This document shows, one piece after another, positions 28,039-36,621 of a stretch of 62,881 nt of DNA (positions within the stretch are counted from its first letter, which is position 1; each line of letters opens with the position of its first letter). Source of the stretch: Bacteroidales bacterium (lineage in GTDB: Bacteria > Bacteroidota > Bacteroidia > Bacteroidales > UBA12077); contig JBKGZA010000002.1 in assembly GCA_046545815.1 (NCBI GenBank), positions 1 through 62,881 of the forward strand, read 5' to 3'. The translations under genes were made by a program, and so were the position numbers. The notes below the pieces were generated by a model that was not told the DNA's origin, ran no database searches, and was given only the letters and a program-made list of their open reading frames with translations.

Positions 28039-29889
28039 TTAAATGTTCCTTATTGCTCCTTTATCTGCGGAGCTTACCACTTTTGAATATATCTTAAGCG
28101 CTTTTGTAACTTTCCTTTCCCTATTTCTGGGAGTATAGGCTTCATACTGATACTTTTCTTCCTCCTGTTTGCGTTTCTGCAATTCATCCTCACCCAGCTT
28201 TGCCTGAATAAACCTGTTGGGGATATCAATCTCAATGGTATCCCCATCCCGGAGCAAAGCAATCTCCCCTCCTGCAGCAGCCTCAGGGGATACGTGACCT
28301 ATGGAAAGGCCGGAAGTACCTCCTGAAAACCTGCCATCGGTAATCAAAGCACAATCTTTATCCAGTTTTTTGGACTTAATATATGATGTAGGATACAACA
28401 TCTCCTGCATGCCGGGCCCGCCTGAAGGGCCTTCATATAGAATCAGCACCACATCTCCGGGTACAATGTCATCGTTCAATATTGCTTCACAAGCTTCATC
28501 CTGAGAATGATAAACCCTTGCCCGCCCTGTAAAACGGAGCACTGAAGGATCTACCCCTGCTGTTTTTACGATACAGCCGTTCCTGGCAATGTTTCCATAC
28601 AAAACAGCCAAACCTCCGTCTTGCTCATAGGCATGTTCAATATCCCGGATGCATCCATTTTCCCGGTCAACATCCAGTTGTTCATAAACAGCCTCCTGGC
28701 TTCCCAACTTAAGATTTCTGAAATTGCCTGGTGCAGACCGGTAGATCGAGTGGGCCGCCTCTGAGGGTTCAGCGTGTGTTATATCATAGTGATTTAATGT
28801 TTCCTCAAGCTTTGTGCCTTCTATCCTCAAAACATCAGTATTTAAAAGACCTCCCTTATTCATTTCGTTCATAATGCCCAGAACGCCCCCTGCCCTGTTT
28901 ACGTCCTCAATATGATATTTTGAACTGGGAGCCACCTTGGAAAGCACAGGAATGTTTCTGGACAAATTGTCAATATCTTTCATTGAAAATTCAACTTCCC
29001 CTTCTCTGGCGATGGCTAAAAGATGAAGCACCGTGTTGGTTGAGCCACCCATGGCAATATCAAGCGACATAGCATTCATAAAAGCTTCACGTGTTGCTAT
29101 GGAGCGGGGAAGAACTGTTGAATCACCCTGATGATAATATTTTTCAGCATTTTGTGCAACTAACCGGGCAGCACTTAATATAAGCTCTTTGCGATTGGCA
29201 TGGGTAGAGACAATTGATCCGTTTCCGGGAAGGGCCAACCCCAGGGCCTCGGCAAGGCAATTCATGCTGTTGGCCGTGAACATTCCGGAGCAGGAACCAC
29301 AAGTGGGGCAGGCATTACGTTCGGTCTGTAACAATTGCTGATCGCTGTAACTGGAGTCGGCACCCCTTACTATGGCATCGACCAGATCGAGCGATTCACC
29401 GTTACTTTTACCTGCTTCCATAGGCCCACCGGAAACATAAACAAAGGGAATGTTCAGCCGCATAGCTGCCATCAACATGCCCGGAACAATCTTATCGCAA
29501 TTTCCAATGGAAATCAAAGCATCTGCCTTATGGGCATTACACATATATTCTATACTATCTGCAATGATGTCCCTCGAGGGTAAGGAATAAAGCATCCCGT
29601 CATGGCCCATGGCAATACCATCGTCAATGGCAATGGTATTGAATTCGGCAGCAAAACATCCCTGTTTTTCAATCTCGGCTTTAACCATTTGTCCCGTTTC
29701 ATGAAGATGAACATGGCCGGGAACAAACTGGGAAAATGAATTGGCTATTGCAATGACAGGTTTTCCAAAATGCTCATCGCGCATTCCGTTCGCGCGCCAT
29801 AAACTCCTCGCACCTGTTCGTTGGCGTCCAACAGTTGTTTCTTCGCTTCGCAACCGAATCCTATTATTTGATCCTTTGTTTTCCTTCAT
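28039..29889 (-). CDS. ilvD: dihydroxy-acid dehydratase
   Basis: 616 aa of the IlvD/Edd family ([10 protein letters not shown]; [12 protein letters not shown]; [16 protein letters not shown]; ITDGRFSGG). Confidence 0.95.
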   Translation of the reverse strand: MKENKGSNNRIRLRSEETTVGRQRTGARSLWRANGMRDEHFGKPVIAIANSFSQFVPGHVHLHETGQMVKAEIEKQGCFAAEFNTIAIDDGIAMGHDGMLYSLPSRDIIADSIEYMCNAHKADALISIGNCDKIVPGMLMAAMRLNIPFVYVSGGPMEAGKSNGESLDLVDAIVRGADSSYSDQQLLQTERNACPTCGSCSGMFTANSMNCLAEALGLALPGNGSIVSTHANRKELILSAARLVAQNAEKYYHQGDSTVLPRSIATREAFMNAMSLDIAMGGSTNTVLHLLAIAREGEVEFSMKDIDNLSRNIPVLSKVAPSSKYHIEDVNRAGGVLGIMNEMNKGGLLNTDVLRIEGTKLEETLNHYDITHAEPSEAAHSIYRSAPGNFRNLKLGSQEAVYEQLDVDRENGCIRDIEHAYEQDGGLAVLYGNIARNGCIVKTAGVDPSVLRFTGRARVYHSQDEACEAILNDDIVPGDVVLILYEGPSGGPGMQEMLYPTSYIKSKKLDKDCALITDGRFSGGTSGLSIGHVSPEAAAGGEIALLRDGDTIEIDIPNRFIQAKLGEDELQKRKQEEEKYQYEAYTPRNRERKVTKALKIYSKVVSSADKGAIRNI

Positions 29890-29904
29890 TGCTTTACATT
29901 TTAC

Positions 29905-29938
29905 AAAAAAAAGCGCCTTCCAGAGGAAATGGCGCTTT
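29905..29938 (-). terminator. attenuator terminator in the ilv leader
   Basis: On the minus strand this reads AAAGCGCC-AUUUCCUCUGGAA-GGCGCUUU followed by a U8 run, ending about 15 nt before the ilvD ATG. An upstream segment GGAAATGG(T)G (29957-29968) can pair with CGCCATTTCC (29925-34) as an antiterminator. Confidence 0.7.
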
Positions 29939-29968
29939 ATGAATTATTATCATGCACACCATTTCCGC

Positions 29969-30031
29969 TCAGCACTTCACCACAATGCCGGGAAGAATGA
30001 AATAAGAAATGATGAGCAATAAAAACCGCAT
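29969..30031 (-). CDS. ilv operon leader peptide (20 aa, MRFLLLIISYFILPGIVVKC)
   Basis: Minus-strand ATG at 30031, stop at 29971-29969. Ten of the 20 codons are Leu/Ile/Val. It lies immediately upstream of the alternative antiterminator/terminator structures. Confidence 0.6.
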   Translation of the reverse strand: MRFLLLIISYFILPGIVVKC

Positions 30032-30413
30032 AGCCTTTTAAATTTTTATTTGCTTACAAAGCTAAAAGGTGTATGCGAATTGGTAAAATCAAAATACAGC
30101 GATAATACGATCTTTAATAGCCATCTGCTTTGGTTTATTATACTGGAAAGCAGTTGTTTATCCTTCTTATCAAACAGGTATTTTTACAATGGCAAGCGAA
30201 CAGAAAGTACTAAAATTCTTATCCATATTGCCTGACCAAATATAATATAAATACGAAAGTTGGAAAAGGAAGCCTTATCCCGGGACCAGATCCAATTGTC
30301 GGTCAGCCTATCCAAATCACCGGTCGTTGGGACGGAGAAGCTACAAGCCATACATCAATAAAGTTTTCATAGACACAAAGATAATTCCGTCCGATTGCCT
30401 TTCACTCATCCTT

Positions 30414-30816
30414 TTATATCCATGCAGGATTGGTGTTGGCTGCCTTCAGGGCTTGAGTGCCCGTTGTAATTACAGCAATTGTCAAAGCCAGCAAAGAAAA
30501 GATGGTAAAAATGTTTGCCGTACGTTGTTCGGCAGCATATAAACTCTCATAATCACTGTCCATAAAAAAACTGAAAGGTTGTTCCCCGGTAAACTGATCC
30601 CAGGCTTTTATCCAAATAATAAGCCCTGTCAATCACCAGCACCTTGTCCTTGTCGAAACCAAGCTTTTTTGCAGTCATATAATGATGCTGCTTATAAATA
30701 ACCACAGTGCTGATGAACAAGGCAATGGTTATCATAAACTGGGTTGTCACCAGAATTCCGCACAAACGATTCCCCGTACCCCCCTGTTTACTTCTTTTTT
30801 CATTATACTCACCGGA
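30414..30816 (-). pseudogene. decayed remnant of an FtsX/MacB-type ABC transporter permease gene
   Basis: Two frame-shifted fragments match conserved permease blocks: ..NRLCGILVTTQFMITIALFISTVVIYKQHHYMTAKKLGFDKDKVLVI.. and ..FSFFMDSDYESLYAAEQRTANIFTIFSLLALTIAVIT..ALKAANTNP... Most of a normal ~800-aa gene is missing, there are internal deletions, and there is no start. Confidence 0.7.
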
Positions 30817-31002
30817 CTAAAGGATGAAAGGAAAAAGGCCGGATAGGATCCAGCAGATATACCTAATTATCCTGTTTTTTTATTTAAGGCAATGTGTTAC
30901 CGTAACATTTAACCCGAATAATTCAAGAATTATTCCTGTCTCCGACAGCGACTAAGGTTCGCTAAAATTTTTTTCAAAAATTTAAGTTCACCTAAGTCGG
31001 GG

Positions 31003-31054
31003 TTAACCTGCATTTTATTCATATTTATAAAAATTTATGAATAATGCAGGTTAA
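31003..31054. promoter_or_regulatory. large imperfect palindrome ~150 bp upstream of the EndoQ-UvrD fusion gene
   Basis: TTAACCTGCATTTTATTCATA-(12 nt AT loop)-TATGAATAATGCAGGTTAA. The outer 11 bp are perfect, and the inner arm pairs after a 2-nt bulge. Confidence 0.6.
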
Positions 31055-31203
31055 ATGTTGTTGTATATATTCTTTGGATTTTGATTTTAAGAGGGGTGGG
31101 AACAAGTTGTGGATAAATCCCGAAGAAATGTTAATAACGAAAGATTTATCGCGGGAGTTTCTCCCAAAATATTTTGAGAAATTTGCAGGGAAATCCTGTC
31201 TTT

Positions 31204-34200
31204 ATGAAAGAATTCATTGCAGATCTTCATATCCACTCCCATCACTCGATGGCTACGAGCAAACAACTGCGTCCTGAATATCTGGATTACCGGGCGCGCA
31301 TTAAAGGCATTAAAGTTGTTGGCACAGGGGATTTCACCCACCCCTCCTGGCTGAAAGAGCTGAAAGAAAAGCTGGAACCTGCCGAACCCGGCTTATTCAA
31401 GCTCAGGGAAGAATACAAGATGGAAAACATAGTGCCTGAAACTCCGGAAAACAGCGTCCGTTTTATGCTTTCGGCGGAGATCAGCAACATTTACAAGAAA
31501 AACGGCCAGGTTCGTAAAATCCACAGTATGCTGCTTGCCCCCGACTTTGATACGGCAGAAAGAATACAGCAAAAACTGTCTTCGATGAATTTCAACATCA
31601 CCTCTGACGGACGTCCAATCCTGGGACTTGATGTACGGGACCTGTTGGAGATAACCCTCAATATAAATGAAAACAACTTCTTCATTCCTGCCCATATCTG
31701 GACGCCCTGGTTTTCCGTTTTCGGCTCCAAATCGGGCTTTGATACCATGGAGGAGTGTTTCGAAGACCTCAGCCAACACATCCATGTCGTGGAAACCGGC
31801 CTGTCAACCGATCCTCCCATGAACTGGATGTGCAGCTTTCTGGATCACTATACGCTCGTTTCCAATTCAGATGCGCATTCACCGGATAAGCTCGGCCGAA
31901 ATGCCAACCTTTTCAAAACAGAACCCGCCTATGAGGCCATGACCGATGCCCTGAAAACAGGTGATCCTGAAAAGTTCGGCGGAACCTTTGATATGTTCCC
32001 GCAGGAAGGGAAATATCACTATGATGGTCACCGTAAATGCGGAGTAAGGTGGTCACCGGTTGATACCTTAAAACACGGAGGAATATGTCCTGTGTGTGGC
32101 AAAAAGGTTACCGTAGGCGTAACCAACCGGGTGGTCAGGTTATCCGACCGCGAAGACATTCTTCAGCGCAAAAACCGGCTTCCCTACTATTCCATTATTC
32201 CCTTAAAAGAAATTCTTTCAGAGATTGAGGGCGTAGGAGAAAAATCCAAAAAGATCAGCAGGAAATATGAACAGCTCATCAGGAAGGCCGGAACCGAATT
32301 CAATATACTTCAATATCTGCCGGTTGAAGAGGTAAAAACCATTGGCGGGGAAGTACTTGCCGAAGGCATCCGCCGGATGCGAAACAACGAGGTGATCATA
32401 AAAGAAGGATTTGACGGTGAATACGGCCAAATCACCGTTTTTCAGCCGGACGAGATCAGGTTTCGGGGATCGCAGGAATCGCTGTTCGATAACTCCTCAA
32501 CCTTCAAGAACCCCGGCAAACGAAAGCTCATCAATTTCGACCTGGCCGAATACCGCAGGCTGGAAAAAATGGAGCACTTACCTGACCAGGCAGCAGAGGA
32601 AAAACAAGCATACCATACGCAAAAAGAGGGCCCTCTGAAAGGCCTAAATCCCGAACAAACCGAAGCAGCCACGCATGAGGAGGGTCCGGCTGCCGTTCTT
32701 GCAGGGCCGGGAACAGGGAAAACCCGTGTACTGACCCGCAGAATGGCCTGGTTGATCCAGGAAAAAAATATTGATCCTTCCCACATTCTTGCCATCACTT
32801 TCACCAATAAGGCTGCCGGTGAGATGCAGGAACGCTGTAAAAAACTCCTGATGGACAACCCTTCTGACTCAAAGCTGAATATTGCCACTTTCCATGCCTT
32901 TGGCTACAACTTCCTTAAAAAACATCACGTTTACCTGAAGCAGGACGAAAATTTCACCGTGATTGACGAAACCGACAAGAACGAACTTATCAGGAATCAT
33001 TTCAAGATCAGCGATCAGGAAGCCCGTAAGTATTCTGCCCGCTTCTCTGAAATCAAACAGTCTCCTCCCGAACAAAACACCAATCAAGGTGCGGACATCC
33101 TGCAGGCATCCCTGGATTATCAGAACCTCCTGGGCGAATACAATCTGTTCGACTTCGACGACCTGATATACCAGGTCGTTCATCTCACGAAAAACCACCC
33201 GGAGATCCGCGAAGAACTCAGACGACAATACCAGTGGATACTGGTGGATGAGTTCCAGGACATCAACCGGATGCAGTACCGGCTGATGCAAGTTCTGGCA
33301 GGGGACAAAAACCCCAACCTATTCGTGATCGGTGATCCCAATCAGGCCATTTATGGTTTCAGGGGTTCCAGCAAAAGGTTCATCAGTTGTTTCATCGAAG
33401 ACCATAAAGAAGCAAATATCTACAAGCTGCATACCAGCTACCGCTGCTCAAAAAACATACTGAAAGCATCTGGAAATGTGTTGCAGGAAGAAGGGCTCCA
33501 GGGACTGAGCGATGGTGTTAAAGTAAGGCTCGCACCGCAACAAACGGACAAGAGCGAGGCAGAGTATATTGCCCGAACGATTGAAGCCCTGAGCGGCGGG
33601 CTGCGTTTTTTCTCCATAGACAGCGATGTAACACAGGGAGAAGGTGATGAAGAAATCGAAAGCCTTTCGGATTTTGCCATCCTCTGCCGCACCAAACAAC
33701 AAATGCGTACCATTGAGAAAGCGCTCCAAGATCATACTATACCCTATCAGGCTGTAACGGGGGATGAATTCTTCAATCACCCCCTGGTGAAGGATGTCGC
33801 TTGCATACTCGAATATGCTGAAAATCCCGGCAACAGATATCTGGAAAGGAAGATAGCGAAGACGAAGCTTTCCGGACAAAAGCCCAACGGCCACCTTGAA
33901 AAGCTGCAACAGTTGGGATCAATAAAGAATAAAATACAATATGTCCACAATTCCCTCCTTGCTCAGAATTATGACAACAAAGCCGGTGAGATACTTCAAA
34001 GGATGATCGCATTGGGAGAGCAATACGGAAACAATCTTGGGGATTTCGTGAAATACCTCTCTTTGGGATCCTCCAATGATGCCTTTGCGCATCAGACCGA
34101 AAAAATTGCCTTGATGACCCTGCATGCCTCAAAAGGACTGGAATTCAAATGCGTGTTTATAGCCGGTTGTGAAGATGGCTTAATTCCTTATTCAATGTTT

Positions 34201-34431
34201 AAAAACCAGGAGACCGACCGGGAAGAAGAAAAACGCCTGCTCTATGTGGGAATGACCCGGGCTCAGTCCTATCTCTATATTACTCACGCCCGTAAACGTT
34301 TCATCATGGGACAGGAAAGAACCATGCAGCGGAGCCCCTTCCTGAACCGTATCGAAAAAGAGCTCACTGAGGTGGAAAAAAATACATACCAAAAGAAAAA
34401 GCAGGATGATTCGCAGTTGAAGCTATTTTGA
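31204..34431 (+). CDS. fusion protein: N-terminal EndoQ-like (TIGR00375-type) PHP-domain endonuclease + C-terminal UvrD/PcrA-type superfamily 1 DNA helicase
   Basis: N-terminal part: ADLHIHSHHS, PAHIWTPWFSVFGSKSGF, SNSDAHSP, EGKYHYDGHRKCG, and the zinc-finger-like CPVCGKKVTVGV. C-terminal part carries all SF1 motifs: AGPGTGKT (I), ILVDEFQD (II), GDPNQAIYGFRG (III), YRCSKNI (IV), LMTLHASKGLEF (V) and LYVGMTRA (VI). It is a single uninterrupted frame. I prefer the start at MKEFIADLHIHS (31204). Confidence 0.8.
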   Translation: MKEFIADLHIHSHHSMATSKQLRPEYLDYRARIKGIKVVGTGDFTHPSWLKELKEKLEPAEPGLFKLREEYKMENIVPETPENSVRFMLSAEISNIYKKNGQVRKIHSMLLAPDFDTAERIQQKLSSMNFNITSDGRPILGLDVRDLLEITLNINENNFFIPAHIWTPWFSVFGSKSGFDTMEECFEDLSQHIHVVETGLSTDPPMNWMCSFLDHYTLVSNSDAHSPDKLGRNANLFKTEPAYEAMTDALKTGDPEKFGGTFDMFPQEGKYHYDGHRKCGVRWSPVDTLKHGGICPVCGKKVTVGVTNRVVRLSDREDILQRKNRLPYYSIIPLKEILSEIEGVGEKSKKISRKYEQLIRKAGTEFNILQYLPVEEVKTIGGEVLAEGIRRMRNNEVIIKEGFDGEYGQITVFQPDEIRFRGSQESLFDNSSTFKNPGKRKLINFDLAEYRRLEKMEHLPDQAAEEKQAYHTQKEGPLKGLNPEQTEAATHEEGPAAVLAGPGTGKTRVLTRRMAWLIQEKNIDPSHILAITFTNKAAGEMQERCKKLLMDNPSDSKLNIATFHAFGYNFLKKHHVYLKQDENFTVIDETDKNELIRNHFKISDQEARKYSARFSEIKQSPPEQNTNQGADILQASLDYQNLLGEYNLFDFDDLIYQVVHLTKNHPEIREELRRQYQWILVDEFQDINRMQYRLMQVLAGDKNPNLFVIGDPNQAIYGFRGSSKRFISCFIEDHKEANIYKLHTSYRCSKNILKASGNVLQEEGLQGLSDGVKVRLAPQQTDKSEAEYIARTIEALSGGLRFFSIDSDVTQGEGDEEIESLSDFAILCRTKQQMRTIEKALQDHTIPYQAVTGDEFFNHPLVKDVACILEYAENPGNRYLERKIAKTKLSGQKPNGHLEKLQQLGSIKNKIQYVHNSLLAQNYDNKAGEILQRMIALGEQYGNNLGDFVKYLSLGSSNDAFAHQTEKIALMTLHASKGLEFKCVFIAGCEDGLIPYSMFKNQETDREEEKRLLYVGMTRAQSYLYITHARKRFIMGQERTMQRSPFLNRIEKELTEVEKNTYQKKKQDDSQLKLF

Positions 34432-34708
34432 CACAGACGGCTCTTACAATGCATAATTTCCGGCAATGGGCATTCACTTGCTTGCTATACATGGGTGTAC
34501 TATGGGCATGAAAAATTTACCCCCCCAATCCCCACTATTATTTAAAAACCTCAGATTCAGGAGTTTTTTTGGCCTGTTATGAAAAAAAAGTTACATCGTA
34601 TTGAAATATTCCATAATTTGTCCTCATAATTTACCAATCTTTCTGAGCGCGCTGTAACAAGAGGTTTTTTATAAAGTAACAATTAATAATCCTTAAAAAC
34701 AACAAGTT

Positions 34709-35197
34709 ATGCAAAATCTAATTAACTTCAAACTTACCGAAGAAGAACAAATCGCCGTAGATAAGGCGTTTGGTACTATCAAACAGATTCTCGGACCCAA
34801 ACTGGTCAATTTGTCGCCTGGGGATATCCGAAATATGGTGAATATGGGCAACAAAAACATGAGCTTTGTAACCAAGGCCGCAGAGATTGCCAATAACAAC
34901 CCGCAACTGGTTCCAGACACCTTCGACCTGAAAGCTTTCCGGAACGATCTGGATGCCACGGTTACCCTTCGCGAGTTGAAACGGTCAACGGACAGCCTGT
35001 CCAACTTAATCAATGACTCTCTGGCGCTTTCAGGCAGCGAAGCCATTCAGGCAGCTTTTGCTTTCTATTCCTGGCTGAAAGTCGCTGTAAAAATGAACGT
35101 GCCGGATGCCGAAACAGCTTATCAGGAACTGGCCGAGCATTTTCCGGGCAAACGTCAAAAAAGTACAGATGGCGAAACCACGGAGGAGGCTACATGA
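34709..35197 (+). CDS. hypothetical protein, predicted all-helical, acidic C-terminal tail
   Basis: 162-aa ORF with good coding appearance, no signal peptide and no recognisable catalytic motif. It resembles a conserved Bacteroidota hypothetical family by recollection only. Confidence 0.6.
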   Translation: MQNLINFKLTEEEQIAVDKAFGTIKQILGPKLVNLSPGDIRNMVNMGNKNMSFVTKAAEIANNNPQLVPDTFDLKAFRNDLDATVTLRELKRSTDSLSNLINDSLALSGSEAIQAAFAFYSWLKVAVKMNVPDAETAYQELAEHFPGKRQKSTDGETTEEAT

Positions 35198-35343
35198 CAT
35201 CAGATGAGCCTTATCATTTTCGAGAGTCTGTATCTTCAGCGCGGGTAGAGACTCTTTGATTTATATCATGGTATTCCTGTTTTATAAACACTCCCCAGGC
35301 CTTGATATTTCCAACATAACCCCTCCTGTTTTAAACATTACAA

Positions 35344-35560
35344 TCGATATACCCGATATCAAAACATATATACAAGACATCTCCGGCCATACACTATCCC
35401 TCTAATGTGATATACGAAACATCCCACATGATATCTCAGATATCAAAGTCGATACTCCGGATATCATTTCTCATATTACAACATATCCCTGTTGATATAC
35501 AGAATATACTCCCGGATATACCAAACATCTTCTTTCATATCTGGCATAAAATTTCATCTC
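35344..35560. repeat. phased array of [G/C]ATAT(C) half-sites, ~10.5-bp spacing / 21-bp unit
   Basis: First half-sites are at 35409, 35430, 35451, 35472, 35494, 35515 and 35536 (intervals 21, 21, 21, 22, 21, 21). Partner half-sites lie 9-12 bp downstream of each. More copies occur at 35346, 35355, 35365, 35377 and 35388. Four are full GATATC palindromes (35355, 35430, 35439, 35460). Confidence 0.8.
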
Positions 35561-35811
35561 CCGGTGAGCTTTCTTCATATGCTAAAGATTTATGGCAATA
35601 TATTGCTTATCATTTTTCTGTTCCGAATATCATCCTGGTTAATAAGGTGCCTGCCCGTCAGAGATAACCGTGAATCATTACAGTAGTTTTCCTGGATAAT
35701 GTCTAAAAAAGCACTTTTTTAGATATATCTCCAATCACAAACTTTATTGCGTATTTTTTAGTCCAAAATGATCGCTATTTTCGACATTTATTAACAACTT
35801 TGCCTCCAACT

Positions 35812-36588
35812 ATGGAAGTTACTGATCAGCTTTACAGAAACGTAAACATACCGGATGCCCCGCAGAGGATCATCTCGCTGGCTCCGCCGATTACAGAGTT
35901 GTTGATGGACCTGGGGCTGGAAGAATATCTTAAGGGCCGGACCCGCTTTTGCATTCATCCTGAAGGGCAAATAAATAAAGTGCCTGTTATAGGTGGTGTG
36001 ATGGGATTGAATTTCCATGAAATAGAAAAGATCAAACCCGATCTTATTCTTGCTTCAAAGGAGGAAAACGCCAGAGGAGAGATCAGGGAACTGGGAAAGG
36101 AATTCCCGGTATGGGTCAGCGATGTGCACAATCTGAAAGATGCTCTTTCCATGATTCAATCCATCGGCTCGATATGCAACCGGAATGAAAAAGCCCTTAC
36201 GCTGAGCCAACAGATAGAAGAGGCATTCAATACACTGGATCATATCCCGGAAAATGTTGTAAAAGCGGCTTATCTGATCTGGAAAAATCCTCTTTACACA
36301 ATAAACCGAGACACCTTTGCTCATGATATGCTGAAAAGATGTGGTATAGAAAATGTTTTCGCCGACAAACAGGAGCCCTATCCGATTATCAGTGAAAAAG
36401 AAATCCGCAATAAAAAGCCCGATTATATCTTTCTGCCCTCTGAACCCTACAATTTCAAAGAAATTGATTTTAATGCGTTTAAAAAAACTTTTCTCCAGAT
36501 GGAAATTAAAAGGGTAGAGGGTGAATATTTTACCTGGTACGGATCGCGTTTATTAAGCGCTCCTTATTATTTCAAACAATTGTTTTAA
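35812..36588 (+). CDS. TroA/BtuF-like (cobalamin/Fe-siderophore type) substrate-binding-fold protein without signal peptide
   Basis: About 258 aa with periplasmic-binding-protein type 2 features (PQRIISLAPPITELL...KPDLILAS...PDYIFLPSEPY). The N-terminus (MEVTDQLYRN) has no hydrophobic signal. No adjacent permease or ATPase genes. Confidence 0.7.
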   Translation: MEVTDQLYRNVNIPDAPQRIISLAPPITELLMDLGLEEYLKGRTRFCIHPEGQINKVPVIGGVMGLNFHEIEKIKPDLILASKEENARGEIRELGKEFPVWVSDVHNLKDALSMIQSIGSICNRNEKALTLSQQIEEAFNTLDHIPENVVKAAYLIWKNPLYTINRDTFAHDMLKRCGIENVFADKQEPYPIISEKEIRNKKPDYIFLPSEPYNFKEIDFNAFKKTFLQMEIKRVEGEYFTWYGSRLLSAPYYFKQLF

Positions 36589-36621
36589 GTTTGTTACATT
36601 AAATGCTCAAAATTCTGTATA

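Noticed and set aside
29741-30022. 93-aa plus-strand ORF spanning the ilvD start and the ilv leader
   Set aside because: It overlaps the ilvD N-terminus and the attenuator on the opposite strand and has no family resemblance. The region is better explained by the leader peptide and terminator.
31044-31341. Small ORFs (77 aa plus strand, 84 aa minus strand) at the 5' edge of the EndoQ-UvrD gene
   Set aside because: They overlap the palindrome and the start of the well-supported long ORF, and show no homology or coding signal.
35407-35686. ORFs of 86 aa and 64 aa inside the GATAT(C) array
   Set aside because: These are periodicity artefacts of an AT-rich 21-bp repeat, with isoleucine/serine-rich nonsense composition and no start context or homology.
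35660-35811. Cobalamin riboswitch upstream of the BtuF-like gene
   Set aside because: I looked for the B12-box-like GCCACTG / AGYCMGG..CCKGC core and the usual GC-rich paired regions. The segment is AT-rich and none is present.
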